From an uncultured delta proteobacterium (GTDB lineage: Bacteria; Myxococcota_A; Polyangia; Polyangiales; JAFGIB01), in contig CAVZVA010000010.1 of NCBI GenBank assembly GCA_963778655.1, positions 928,001 through 992,000 of the forward strand: DNA of 64,000 nt, read 5' to 3'. Position 1 is the first letter of the stretch; every line of letters begins with the position of its first letter. This document shows, one piece after another, positions 29,748 through 39,760 of this stretch. The position numbers and the translations under genes are program-made. Under the pieces are notes generated by a model, which was not told the origin of the DNA, ran no database searches, and saw only the letters and a program-made list of their open reading frames with translations.

Positions 29748-30512
29748 ATGGATAAATTGCTTTCGCTTGAGGGGCGTGTGGCCGTGGTCACCGGCGGCGC
29801 CTCCGGCATCGGTCGCGCCACGGCGTTGCAGCTCGCGGCGCAGGGCGCGTGCGTCGTGGTGGCCGATATCGACGAAGAGCGCGGCCGGCAGACACTGCAG
29901 GCGATCGAGCAACGCGAGGGCCAGGCGAGCTTTCTGCGCACCGACGTGGCCGTGCCCGAGCAGCTCGACGCGCTGGTCGCGCACGCGGTGGAGCGCTTGG
30001 GCCGGATCGACGTGATGTTCAACAACGCTGGCATCGCCGAAGGCGCGCCGCTGCTCGAATGGACGCCCGAGCAGTACCAGCGCGTGGTGGCGGTCAACCA
30101 GCACGGCGTCTTCTACGGCATGCAGGCGGCGGCGCGCGCGATGCGCGAGGCCGGGCGCGGCGGCGTGATCATCAACACCGGCTCGGTGTACGGCGAGCTC
30201 GCGTCCCTTTACTGCATCGGCTACCAGGCGTCCAAGGCCGCCGTCGAGGTGATGACCAAGGTGGCGGCGCTCGAGCTCGCCCCCTACGGCATCCGCGTGG
30301 TCAACGTGGCGCCCGGGGTGGTCGACACGAAGATGGTCGACGCGTACCGCAGAGCCGGCATTCTCGAGACGATGGCACGCAAGCACATGCGGGGCGCGCT
30401 GGTGCAGCCCGATGCGGTCGCGCGCGTGGTGGCCTTCTTGGCCAGCGACGCGGCGGCGGCCGTGAACGGCACCACCGTGTTCGCCGACGACGGCTACTCG
30501 GCCTTCAAGTGA
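29748..30512 (+). CDS. SDR family oxidoreductase
   Basis: TGGASGIG, NNAG, YQASK. Confidence 0.93.
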   Translation: MDKLLSLEGRVAVVTGGASGIGRATALQLAAQGACVVVADIDEERGRQTLQAIEQREGQASFLRTDVAVPEQLDALVAHAVERLGRIDVMFNNAGIAEGAPLLEWTPEQYQRVVAVNQHGVFYGMQAAARAMREAGRGGVIINTGSVYGELASLYCIGYQASKAAVEVMTKVAALELAPYGIRVVNVAPGVVDTKMVDAYRRAGILETMARKHMRGALVQPDAVARVVAFLASDAAAAVNGTTVFADDGYSAFK

Positions 30513-30618
30513 GCCGCCTCGCGTCCCGGCGCGCAGGCGCAAGACGGCACCCGCGCTCGAGAGCCCGTGGGCTCTCACAAGGGCTGCGGCCGTCGCCCGC
30601 CCTGCGCGCCGGCTGACT

Positions 30619-31377
30619 TCACGCGATGCTGTAGCCGCCGTCGACGCACAGCGACTGCCCCGTCACGAAGTCGCTCGCGCCAGAAGCCAAGAAGACCGCG
30701 GCGCCTGCCAGCTCCTCCGGCTCGCCGAAGCGCCCCGCGGGCGTGCGCTGCTTGATCTGTGCTGCAAACGCGGGGCTCGCCTCCACCGCGGCGGTCATGT
30801 CGGTGCGGATCCAGCCCGGGATGATGCAGTTGACCTGGATGCGATCGCCCGCCCACGCGGTCGCGAGCGACTTGGTCAGCTGCACCACGCCGCCCTTGCT
30901 GGCGGCGTACGGCAGCACGAAGGGCGAGCCGAACAGGCTGTACTCCGAGCCGAGGTTGATGATCTTGCCGCCGCCGCGGGCGCACAGCAGCGGGTGCGCG
31001 AGCTTGCACGCCACGAACACCGCGCGCAGGTTGGTGTCGAGCACGCGGTCCCACTCCTGCTCGGCGATCTGCTGCGGCAGCCCGCCGCCCGCGACGCCCG
31101 CGTTGTTGACCAGGATGTCGAGCCCCCCGAGCTCGCCGCTCGCCGCTGCGAACGCCGCCTGCAGCTGCTCGGTGTGCTGCACGTCGCACGCCACGCCCAG
31201 CGCACGGCGCCCGAGCGTGCGCAGCTCGTCGAGCACGCCCGCGGTCTTGTCCTGGTTGCGCGCTGCGACCACCACGTCGGCGCCCGCCTGCGCCAGCCCC
31301 AGTGCGATAGCGCGCCCGATGCCCCCGTTGCCGCCCGTCACCAGCGCGACCTTACCCGTGAGCGAGAATGCCGGCAT
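30619..31377 (-). CDS. SDR family oxidoreductase (KduD/gluconate 5-dehydrogenase-like)
   Basis: TGGNGGIG, NNAG, YAASK, VDGG; ATG 31377. Confidence 0.93.
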   Translation of the reverse strand: MPAFSLTGKVALVTGGNGGIGRAIALGLAQAGADVVVAARNQDKTAGVLDELRTLGRRALGVACDVQHTEQLQAAFAAASGELGGLDILVNNAGVAGGGLPQQIAEQEWDRVLDTNLRAVFVACKLAHPLLCARGGGKIINLGSEYSLFGSPFVLPYAASKGGVVQLTKSLATAWAGDRIQVNCIIPGWIRTDMTAAVEASPAFAAQIKQRTPAGRFGEPEELAGAAVFLASGASDFVTGQSLCVDGGYSIA

Positions 31378-31784
31378 GGCTCTTGAGATGGGTTTCGAGG
31401 CCCGGTTCGTGCGCCGTGCGCGCGCGGAGATTGTAGACACCAGCCTACCGCCGCGGCAACCGCGGCGTGTCCGCGGGGCTACTCCCGCGCGATCGGCGCG
31501 GGCAGGACGCCGCCGGGGCGGCCATGGTGGGGCACCACGTCGCTGGCTTCGTGCTGGGACGGATCGACGAAGCCCCGCTGGCTGGGCGAATGATACAGGC
31601 ACCCGACCCCTGCGGGCGGCCGCGATCGCACGACGGCGTCCGCATCCGAGAGCGCATGCTGCCAGTCGGTCTCGAGCTTTCTCCGGAAGGGACTCGACGG
31701 ATTGCCCGCGACGCGTTGCAAAGCCGGTTTGACACGCGCCGGCTTTGTGCTGATGCTGCCGCCCCGAGGAACCTGGACTTGGCC

Positions 31785-33155
31785 GTGAAGCACGCCGCCG
31801 TCCGCGACCCCGCCGCGCTCGCGGTCCGACTGAGCCGCGGCGCGCGCAGCCCGTACGCGCGCGTGGCGTTCGTGGCCGAGGTGCCCTTCGGCACGCTCAA
31901 GTTGCGGCGCTATCTTCTGGGCAACGGGCTCAGCGTGCTGGTGCTGGCCGATCCCTCGACGCCGCTGCTCAGCTACCACACCTGGTTTCGCGTGGGTTCG
32001 CGCCACGAGCGTCCGGGCAAGACCGGGCTCGCACACCTGTTCGAGCACCTGATGTTCGGCGCCACGCGCAGCACGCCCGCCGGCGTATTCGACCGCCGGA
32101 TCGAGACCGCGGGCGGTGAGACCAATGCCTCGACCTGGGTCGACTGGACCCAGTACCATACCGAGCTGCCCGCCACCGGGCTGCCCGTGGTCGTCGCGCT
32201 CGAGGCCGACCGCATGCACGATCTGGTGCTGCACGAGCCGCAGGTGCGCTCGGAAAAGGAAGTGGTCGCCAACGAGCGGCGCTATCGCGTGGATGACGAC
32301 GTCGAGGGCGAGGTGCAGGAACGCCTGTACGCCCTGGCGTTTCGCCGCCACCCCTACCACCACCCCACGATCGGTTGGATGAAGGACATCGAGGCCTTTA
32401 CCACCGCCGACTGCCGGAGCTTCTACCGCACCTATTATGCGCCCAACAACGCGACGCTGATCGTGGTCGGCAACGTCGACGAGGCCGGGCTGCTGCGGCT
32501 GGTGCAGCGCCACTACGGCGCGCTGCGTCCGGCGCGAATCGGCCCCGCGCCGCGCGTGCGCGAGCGCCCGCAGCGTGCCGAGCGCAAGCTGGTGATGCGC
32601 CGGCCCACGCCGACAGAGAAGCTCGCGCTCGGCTACCACGCGCCGGCTTTCGGCGACCCGGACTACCCGGTGCTGTCGCTGATCAACGAGCTGCTGTTTG
32701 TCGGCCGCAGCGCGCGCATGTTCCAGCGACTGGTGCGCGAGGAGCAGCTGGCAGCAGAGGTGCATGGCAGCGTCGCGCCGTTCGTGGACCCGGGGCTGTA
32801 CGACATCTGGATCACCATGCGGCCCGGGCGCCGCGCGCGGCAGGCGTTGCGGGCGATCGACGACGAGCTGCGGCGCATCCGCGAGCGGCGCGTGTCGAGC
32901 CGCGACCTGCAGCGGGTCAAGGCGCGCGCGGAGCTGGCCTTTCTGATGGCGCTGGAATCGGCCGGCGGCAAGGCCGAGCAGATCGGCTTCTACGAGGCGG
33001 TGCTGGGCGACGCCGGGCGCATCTTCCCCCGCCTGCAGGAGTTCCGCGCGGTGACCGCGGCCGACGTTCAGCGCGTCGCGAGACGCGTGCTCGACCCGCG
33101 CCAGCGCACGCGCATCGAGGTGCTGCCGCAGCGCGCGAAGGGAACGCGGGCGTGA
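31785..33155 (+). CDS. M16 zinc peptidase, catalytic subunit
   Basis: HLFEH (HXXEH), NAST, EKEVV.NERR, HPTIGW, YYAPNNA; start uncertain. Confidence 0.92.
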   Translation: MKHAAVRDPAALAVRLSRGARSPYARVAFVAEVPFGTLKLRRYLLGNGLSVLVLADPSTPLLSYHTWFRVGSRHERPGKTGLAHLFEHLMFGATRSTPAGVFDRRIETAGGETNASTWVDWTQYHTELPATGLPVVVALEADRMHDLVLHEPQVRSEKEVVANERRYRVDDDVEGEVQERLYALAFRRHPYHHPTIGWMKDIEAFTTADCRSFYRTYYAPNNATLIVVGNVDEAGLLRLVQRHYGALRPARIGPAPRVRERPQRAERKLVMRRPTPTEKLALGYHAPAFGDPDYPVLSLINELLFVGRSARMFQRLVREEQLAAEVHGSVAPFVDPGLYDIWITMRPGRRARQALRAIDDELRRIRERRVSSRDLQRVKARAELAFLMALESAGGKAEQIGFYEAVLGDAGRIFPRLQEFRAVTAADVQRVARRVLDPRQRTRIEVLPQRAKGTRA

Positions 33156-34456
33156 AGCAACGCTTCACGCTCGGCAATGGCGCGCTGGTGCTGAGCGAGA
33201 GCTCGGGCGTGCTGCCGGTGGTCGGGGTGGGCGTGTCGCTGCGCAGCGGCTCGCTGTTCGACCCGCCCGGCAAGGAGGGGCTGGCGCGGATGATGTCGCG
33301 CGCGCTGCGTATGGGCACTGCCGAGCTGCGTTCGCGCGCGCTCGAAGAGACGCTCGATGCGATGGGCGCGCAGCTCGGCATCTCGTGCTCGCAGAGCTAC
33401 ATGCACTTCGGCGGCGTGGTCGTTGCGCACAACCTCGAGCCCTTCCTGCAGCTGCTCGGCGCGCTGCTGTTGCGGCCGGCGTTCCGGCCTGCGGACGTGC
33501 GCCAGGTGCGGCGCGAGATGAGCGCCGATCTGAGCGCGCTGTGCGACGACGACCGCGCCCTGTGCGCGCGCAACTTCCGCAGCTACGCCTTCGGGCGCCA
33601 TCCCTACGCGCGCCCGCGCAGCGGCACGCCCGCGAGCCTTGCCAACATCGGACGGCGGGACGTGGTCGACTGTCACCGCCGCCATCTGACCGCGCGCAAC
33701 GTGGTGATCGGCGTGTGGGGCGACTTCGCGCCGCGAAGGCTCGAGCGCCAGCTCGAGCACTGCTTCGGCGCGCTGTCCAGCCGCAAGGCGCCCGCGATGG
33801 CGCTGCCCGAGCCCACGCTACCGCCGGGGCGGCGCATCCTGATCGTGGACAAGCCCGACCGTACCCAGACCCAGATCCTGGCCGGCACGCTGGGCACCAG
33901 CCCGCACGACGCCGACCACGTGGCGATGATCGTGGGCAACACCCCGTTTGGCGGCCTGTTCAGTGCCCGCCTGACCACCGAGGTGCGAGCCAAGCGCGGC
34001 CTGAGCTACGGCGCGAGCAGCAGCTTCACGCTCTCGCGTACGCGCGACCTGTGGACCATGCACACCTTTCCGGCCGCACGAGACGCGCGCGGCTGCCTCG
34101 AGCTGCAGCTGCGGCTGTACGACCGCTGGGTCGAGCGCGGGATCACCGCCCGCGAGCTGGCCGCGACCAAGCGCTACCTGATCAAGGGCCACGCGTTCGA
34201 GGTCGACACCGCCGCGAAGCGTCTCGACCAGCTGCTGGACGTGGAGCTGTTCGACTGGCCCAAGACCCACCACACCCGCTTTCTGCAGCGGGTCGCGCGC
34301 GTCAGCGCGGGCGACGTGCAGCACGCGCTGCAGCGCCGGCTCTCGCGCCGCGACCAGGTGATCGTGATGGTTGCCACCGCGGAGCAGCTGCTGCCCGAGC
34401 TGCGCCAGCTGCCGGACGTGGCGAGCATCGACGTCAAGCCCTTCGACGAGATCTGA
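33152..34456 (+). CDS. M16 peptidase, non-catalytic partner subunit
   Basis: GS..DP.GKEGLA without HXXEH; RL..EVR.KRGLSYG; GTGA overlap with the upstream gene. Confidence 0.9.
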   Translation: MKQRFTLGNGALVLSESSGVLPVVGVGVSLRSGSLFDPPGKEGLARMMSRALRMGTAELRSRALEETLDAMGAQLGISCSQSYMHFGGVVVAHNLEPFLQLLGALLLRPAFRPADVRQVRREMSADLSALCDDDRALCARNFRSYAFGRHPYARPRSGTPASLANIGRRDVVDCHRRHLTARNVVIGVWGDFAPRRLERQLEHCFGALSSRKAPAMALPEPTLPPGRRILIVDKPDRTQTQILAGTLGTSPHDADHVAMIVGNTPFGGLFSARLTTEVRAKRGLSYGASSSFTLSRTRDLWTMHTFPAARDARGCLELQLRLYDRWVERGITARELAATKRYLIKGHAFEVDTAAKRLDQLLDVELFDWPKTHHTRFLQRVARVSAGDVQHALQRRLSRRDQVIVMVATAEQLLPELRQLPDVASIDVKPFDEI

Positions 34457-34486
34457 CGCTCCGCGCGGGCCGGCCCGCGCCGCGGC

Positions 34487-35335
34487 TCAGTTGCAGACCA
34501 GGCCGAACAGGGCGCAGCCGCAGCCGCCGTTGTTGCGCTTGCAGCACGGGACGGAGCCGAGGCTGCACGAGGGGCAGCTGTTGGCGCTGCAGGCGGTCGA
34601 CATGCATTGGTTGTTCATGCAGGTCTCGTTCGAGCCGCAGGTCATCGGGCAGGTGAGGGTGTGGCCGCAACCGTCGGACTTGGTGCCGCACTCCGAGGAG
34701 CCGCAGCTCGCCGTAGGCATGCATGCGCACTGGCCGTTGCTGTCGCAGCTGCCGCTCATGCAATCGCCGTCGATGCTGCAGGTCTTGCCGGCGGCGCACC
34801 CGGGGCAGCTGCCGCCGCAGTCCACGTCGGTCTCGTCCTGGTTCTTCTTCATGTCGGTGCAGCTCGGGTCCGCGCACAGGAAGCCGCTGCCGCAGAAGCC
34901 CGACTCGCAGTCGCTGTCCACCACGCAGCCCTGGCCGGTCGCGCACGGGCCGCAGTCGGGGCCACCGCAGTCGGTGCCGGTCTCGGTGCCGTTCTTCTTC
35001 TTGTCCGAGCAACCGTTGCCGCCGCCGTCGCTCTTGGCCTGGGTGCCCGCATCGCTCTGGGTGCCCGCGTCCGAGCCGCCCGCGCCGCTGCCGGCGGCGC
35101 TGCCCGATTTGCCGCCCGTGCCGCTGCCCGCGCTGCCGCCCATGCCACCCGCGCCCCCGTGGCCGCCGGCGGCGGCGCTGCCCGCGTCCTTGACGCTGTT
35201 CTTGGCCCCGCCGTCGCTGCTGCTGTCCTCCGACTGGCTCGCCTGGACTTTGGCAGGCGCAGTGGCGCCCGCGGCGCATGCTGCGCACAGCAGCAGCGGT
35301 CCCCCGAGCCAAATCAAGCGTGCTAACGAACCCAC
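34487..35335 (-). CDS. secreted Gly/Cys-rich repeat protein
   Basis: Hydrophobic signal with Cys, Gly/Ser linker, KN..ETD.DCGG..C repeats; start uncertain. Confidence 0.78.
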   Translation of the reverse strand: MGSLARLIWLGGPLLLCAACAAGATAPAKVQASQSEDSSSDGGAKNSVKDAGSAAAGGHGGAGGMGGSAGSGTGGKSGSAAGSGAGGSDAGTQSDAGTQAKSDGGGNGCSDKKKNGTETGTDCGGPDCGPCATGQGCVVDSDCESGFCGSGFLCADPSCTDMKKNQDETDVDCGGSCPGCAAGKTCSIDGDCMSGSCDSNGQCACMPTASCGSSECGTKSDGCGHTLTCPMTCGSNETCMNNQCMSTACSANSCPSCSLGSVPCCKRNNGGCGCALFGLVCN

Positions 35336-35476
35336 CTGCGGGCGCAGTATAGCGCGCTTGCGCCGGGTCCGCTCGTTTCGGCGGAGACCACAAGCATTCG
35401 GGGAGGGGATGTGAGGGCGCGCTCGGATCCCCAGTCTCGGGCGGGTCATCCGACACCTGCTACAGTCGGCGGCACT

Positions 35477-36574
35477 GTGCCCGAGCTCCTCATCATCGGC
35501 GGCGGATTGGCCGGGCTCACCGCTGCGTTGCGCGTGCGCGGCCGGCTGCCCGTCACGCTGCTCGAGGCCAATGCGCGGCTGGGCGGCCAGATCCTCACCG
35601 AGCACGAAGGCGGCTTCGTGATCGAGCGAGGCGCCGAGGGCTTCGTGTTCCGCAGTCAGGCGGTGCCCGCGGTCGCGCGCGCGCTCGGCATGCCCGACGA
35701 CGCCGTGATCGGCCAGTCGGTGATGCGCTCCTACGGCTTCGACGGCCGCCAGCTGCTGGCGCTGCAGCCCGGTGAGGCCGCGAGCTTTCTCGGCTTCCAG
35801 GTCGCAGCCGAGGACCTGGGCAAGGGCATCCGCAGCTTCGCGCACGGCATGGGCAGCCTGGTCGGCGCGTTCGAGCGCGGGCTGCGCGAGCGGATTTCGC
35901 TGCGGCTGGGCGAGCGCGTGGTCGCGCTCGAGCACGCGGGTGGGCGCGTGCGCGCGCGCACCGAGCGCGGCGAGCGGCTGGAAGCCGACGCGCTCATCCT
36001 CGCCGTCCCGGCCGCGGTCGCCGCGGAGCTGCTGGCGCCGCTGGCCGGCGAGCCCGCGCGCGCGTTGCGCGCCGCGCCCACGCTCTCGAGCGTGACGGTG
36101 GAGCTGGCATATCGGCGCGAGGCCATCGGCCACCCGCTCGACGCCACCGGTTTCGTGGTGGCGCAGCAGCAGCAGCAGGATGGCGTGCGCGCCTGCACCT
36201 TCACCAGCTCGAAGTTCGCCGGGCGCGCGCCGCCCGGCACGGCCAGCGTGCGGCTGTTCCTGCGTCCGAGCGCCGAGGAGCTCGCCACGCTCGACGACGC
36301 GGCCTTCGCCGCGCGCGCCGAGCGTGCGCTGCGCCGCGCGCTGGCGGTGCACGGCCCGCCCGCGCGAACGTGGGTGTCGCGCTGGCCCGACGCTCTGCCG
36401 GTGTTCACGCCGGCCCACCGCGACCAGGTGGCCGCGCTCGAGCACGCGCTGCAGCCGCTGCCGATCGCGCTGGCCGGCTCCGCCTTCCACGGCGCGGGCA
36501 TCGACGCCGCGGTGCGCTCGGGCGAGCAGGCCGCGGCCCGCTTGCCGACGCTGCTGCCCGGCTTCACGCTGTGA
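35477..36574 (+). CDS. hemG: protoporphyrinogen/coproporphyrinogen oxidase (HemG/HemY family)
   Basis: IIGGGLAGL FAD motif, RLGG.I.T, E.GAE.F, ACTFTSSKF..RAP, G.GI...VRSG; shorter than typical. Confidence 0.8.
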   Translation: MPELLIIGGGLAGLTAALRVRGRLPVTLLEANARLGGQILTEHEGGFVIERGAEGFVFRSQAVPAVARALGMPDDAVIGQSVMRSYGFDGRQLLALQPGEAASFLGFQVAAEDLGKGIRSFAHGMGSLVGAFERGLRERISLRLGERVVALEHAGGRVRARTERGERLEADALILAVPAAVAAELLAPLAGEPARALRAAPTLSSVTVELAYRREAIGHPLDATGFVVAQQQQQDGVRACTFTSSKFAGRAPPGTASVRLFLRPSAEELATLDDAAFAARAERALRRALAVHGPPARTWVSRWPDALPVFTPAHRDQVAALEHALQPLPIALAGSAFHGAGIDAAVRSGEQAAARLPTLLPGFTL

Positions 36575-36650
36575 GCGAGATGAGCGCGAAGCGAACCTCC
36601 CACGAGGCCCAGAGCCGCGTGGCCGTTCGGTGCTCTAGGTGGGGGGCGCC

Positions 36651-37535
36651 GTGACCTCGGCCGCCGACGCCTCGGCCCCGCTGGATCCGAGCGCCGACAG
36701 CGTGCTGCGCGCGATGACCGACGACGGTGCGTTCCGGGTGGTGGCCGCGCGCATGACCGACACCGTGGAGCGCGCGCTGCGCGCACAGGACGCGTTCGGG
36801 CAGAGCGGTCGGCATCTGGGCGAGCTGCTCACCGGTGCGGTGCTGGTGCGCGAGACGATGGCACCGCGCCATCGCGTGCAGGGCCTGTTCCGCACCCGCG
36901 ACCGGCGCGGCCAGCTGGTCGCCGATGCGCACCCCGACGGCGGCAACCGAGGGTTGGTCGCCCGCCGCGAAGGTCTGTCCGAGGTGGCGCTCGCCGGCGG
37001 CACGCTCGAGATGATGCGCACGCTCTACAACGGCGAGGTCCACCGCGGCGTGGTGCGCATCCCCGAGCAGGGCGGGCTCTCGGCCGCGCTGATGACGTAC
37101 ATGGCCGCCTCCGAGCAGGTGGCCTCGATGATCGCGGTGGCGTGCGTGCTCGAGGGCGAGCGGGTCAAAGCAGCTGGCGGCTACATCGTGCAGCTCTTGC
37201 CCGAGGTCGGGCGCGCGCCGCTCGCGATCATGACCGAGCGCCTGCGCGACTTCGAGCGCATCGACGAGCTGCTGACCACGCTCGATGCCGCGCCCGCTCC
37301 GCTGCTGGCGGAGCTGCTCTACGGCATGCCGTTCACCCAGCTCGACCACAGCGCGCTGCGCTTCGCGTGCCGCTGCAGCACGGTGCGGGTGATGACCGCG
37401 CTGGCGAGCCTGGGCAGCGACGAGCTGAGCGCGCTGCTGCGCGACCAGCAGCTGATCGAGATGGCGTGCGACTACTGTGGCCAGCAGTTCGCCGTCAGCC
37501 CCGCCGAGCTCCAGGGCTTGCTGCACCAGAGTTAG
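36651..37535 (+). CDS. hslO: Hsp33 redox-regulated chaperone
   Basis: Y...SEQ, AAGGYIVQLLP, C-terminal CRC...CDYC zinc centre. Confidence 0.92.
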   Translation: MTSAADASAPLDPSADSVLRAMTDDGAFRVVAARMTDTVERALRAQDAFGQSGRHLGELLTGAVLVRETMAPRHRVQGLFRTRDRRGQLVADAHPDGGNRGLVARREGLSEVALAGGTLEMMRTLYNGEVHRGVVRIPEQGGLSAALMTYMAASEQVASMIAVACVLEGERVKAAGGYIVQLLPEVGRAPLAIMTERLRDFERIDELLTTLDAAPAPLLAELLYGMPFTQLDHSALRFACRCSTVRVMTALASLGSDELSALLRDQQLIEMACDYCGQQFAVSPAELQGLLHQS

Positions 37536-37613
37536 GACGTATCTAGCTGCGGGCGGACGTGTGCGCGCGTGCTGGCGCGTAGTACGCTTGCGCTGGACAC
37601 TCGGGACGCATCG

Positions 37614-39389
37614 ATGAGCTACCAACCCCGCTACACCAACCTGGTCACCATGTTCCTGCAGGCGTCGGAGAAGTTCGCCGGCGCTCCGCTGTTCGGAAGC
37701 CGCGGTCACGACGGCTGGCAGTGGACGAGCTACGCGCAGTTCCGCGCCCTGGTCGACGACGCGCGCGCGGGGCTCAGCGCGCTGGGCATCGGCCCCGGCG
37801 ATCGGGTGGCGGTGATCTCCAACAACCGGCTGCAATGGGCGGTCTGCGCGTACGGAACCTATACGCTCGGTGCGATCTACGTGCCGATGTACGAGGCGCA
37901 GCTCGACCGGGACTGGCAGCACATCCTGGGCGATTCCGGCGCCAAGCTGTGCTTCGTGGCTGGCGAAGCGGTGCACGCCCGGGTCCGCGGGCTGCAGGGC
38001 GACCTGCCCGAGCTGCAACACGTGATCGAATTCGGCAGCGCCGCGTACGACGAGCTGCTCGCGCGCGGGCGGGCCGCCAAGCTCGCGCCGAGCTTGCCTG
38101 CCGACGAGGACGTGGCCTCGTTGATCTACACCTCGGGCACCACCGGCAAGCCCAAGGGCGTGCGGCTGACGCAACGCAATCTCGCGGCCAACGTCAGCGG
38201 CCTGCTCGAGATCGCACCGGTGCACGAGGGCGACCGCTCGCTGGCGTTTCTGCCCTGGGCGCACGTGTTCGGCGGCTGCGTCGAGCTGAACACGGTGATG
38301 GCGATCGGCGGCTCGCTCGGGATCTGCGACAACACCGACCGGCTGCTGCAGTACTTGCCCGAGGTCAAGCCGACGATGCTGTTCGCGGTGCCGCGGATCT
38401 GGAACCGCATCTACGACGGCGTGCGCAAGCAGATGGCGGGACGGCCGCGTGCGATCCAGGCGATCTTCGAGGCTGGCTTGCGCGCCAAGAGCAAGCACAA
38501 GCGCGGACAGCCGCTCGACCTCAGCGAACGGCTGGCGCTGCCGCTGGCCGAGCGGCTGATCTTTTCCAAGATCGTGGCGCGCTTCGGCGGCCAGCTGCGC
38601 TTCGCGTTCTCAGGCGCGGCGGCGCTCTCGGCCGAGGTCGCCGAGTTCATCGACAACCTCGGGATCAAGGTCTACGAGGGCTACGGCATGACCGAGTCGA
38701 GCGGCTGCACCACCGCCAGCTATCCGGGCACGGTCAAGCTCGGGACCGTGGGCAAGCCGATTCCGGGCGTCGAGCTGCGCATCGAGCCGCAGGCGCTGGG
38801 CGGGCCGCCGGGCGAAGGCGAGATCGTCATCTACGGCACCGGCGTGATGGCCGGCTACCACGACGATCCCAAGTCCACGGCCGAGGCGCTGACCCCGGAT
38901 GGCGGGTTGCGCTCGGGCGACCTCGGCTACCTCGACAGCGAGGGCTTCCTGGTGATCACCGGCCGGGTCAAGGAGCTGTACAAGCTGCAGAACGGTAAAT
39001 ACGTGGCGCCCGTGCCGCTCGAGGAAAAACTGCAGCTCAGCCCCTTCATCGCGCAGTGTCTGGTGTACGGCGACGACCGCCCGTATAACGTCGCGCTGAT
39101 CGTGCCCGAGATGACCGCGCTGCGGGAGTGGGCGCAGGCGCAGGGCGTGCCCACCGAGACGGCCGCGCTGCTGGCGGACGACCGTACGCGGGCGCTGTTC
39201 CGCAAGGAAATCGACCAGCAAAGCCGTGAGCTCAAGGGCTACGAGGCGATCCGCGATTTCGCGCTCTCGGCCGAGGAGCTGAGCACACAGAACGACATGA
39301 TGACGCCCACGCTCAAGCTCAAGCGCCGCAACATTCTCAAACGCTATCAGGAACGGCTGTCGCAGCTCTACGACGAGCAGGCGGCGTGA
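37614..39389 (+). CDS. fadD: long-chain fatty acid--CoA ligase
   Basis: IYTSGTTGKPKG, EGYGMTE, SGDLG, ITGRVKE, TPTLKLKR. Confidence 0.93.
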   Translation: MSYQPRYTNLVTMFLQASEKFAGAPLFGSRGHDGWQWTSYAQFRALVDDARAGLSALGIGPGDRVAVISNNRLQWAVCAYGTYTLGAIYVPMYEAQLDRDWQHILGDSGAKLCFVAGEAVHARVRGLQGDLPELQHVIEFGSAAYDELLARGRAAKLAPSLPADEDVASLIYTSGTTGKPKGVRLTQRNLAANVSGLLEIAPVHEGDRSLAFLPWAHVFGGCVELNTVMAIGGSLGICDNTDRLLQYLPEVKPTMLFAVPRIWNRIYDGVRKQMAGRPRAIQAIFEAGLRAKSKHKRGQPLDLSERLALPLAERLIFSKIVARFGGQLRFAFSGAAALSAEVAEFIDNLGIKVYEGYGMTESSGCTTASYPGTVKLGTVGKPIPGVELRIEPQALGGPPGEGEIVIYGTGVMAGYHDDPKSTAEALTPDGGLRSGDLGYLDSEGFLVITGRVKELYKLQNGKYVAPVPLEEKLQLSPFIAQCLVYGDDRPYNVALIVPEMTALREWAQAQGVPTETAALLADDRTRALFRKEIDQQSRELKGYEAIRDFALSAEELSTQNDMMTPTLKLKRRNILKRYQERLSQLYDEQAA

Positions 39390-39507
39390 CCATGGGCCGC
39401 CCCGCGCCGTCGCTGCGGCACCGAGCGCGCGGGGCCGCACGGCGCACCCGGCGGGCGCCTCGACGCCCGGGGTCTTCCACACTATTCTGCCCGGGCCTCT
39501 GAGTGTC

Positions 39508-39726
39508 ATGGCCCGGCTGCTGATAGTCTTTGCGCTGCTCGTGTTCGTGGTGATGTCCACGCGGCGCGCGCTGCGGCAGGCGCGCTCCCCCCAGGCGGGA
39601 CCGCGCAAGCAGGCGCGCTCCGAGCGCGCGCCTGGCGGCCCGCCCAAGCGCCTGGTGTGCGGTGCGTGCGGCGCGGACTTCGACCCGGAGCAGAGCGGCT
39701 GGATCTGCCCCAAGTGCGGCAAGTGA
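39508..39726 (+). CDS. small membrane-anchored zinc-ribbon protein
   Basis: N-terminal TM segment; CGAC...CPKC. Confidence 0.7.
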   Translation: MARLLIVFALLVFVVMSTRRALRQARSPQAGPRKQARSERAPGGPPKRLVCGACGADFDPEQSGWICPKCGK

Positions 39727-39760
39727 GCCTCGCGCGATGCGACCGGCGGCCGCGACCGTG

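Noticed and set aside
26303..30097. Very long antisense ORFs (also 21786-22667, 53484-55439, 55640-58114 and similar)
   Set aside because: Shadow frames of real high-GC genes; no motifs, Arg/Ala-biased composition
31785..34456. Second M16 gene lacking HXXEH as a pseudogene
   Set aside because: Catalytic plus non-catalytic M16B pairs are normal
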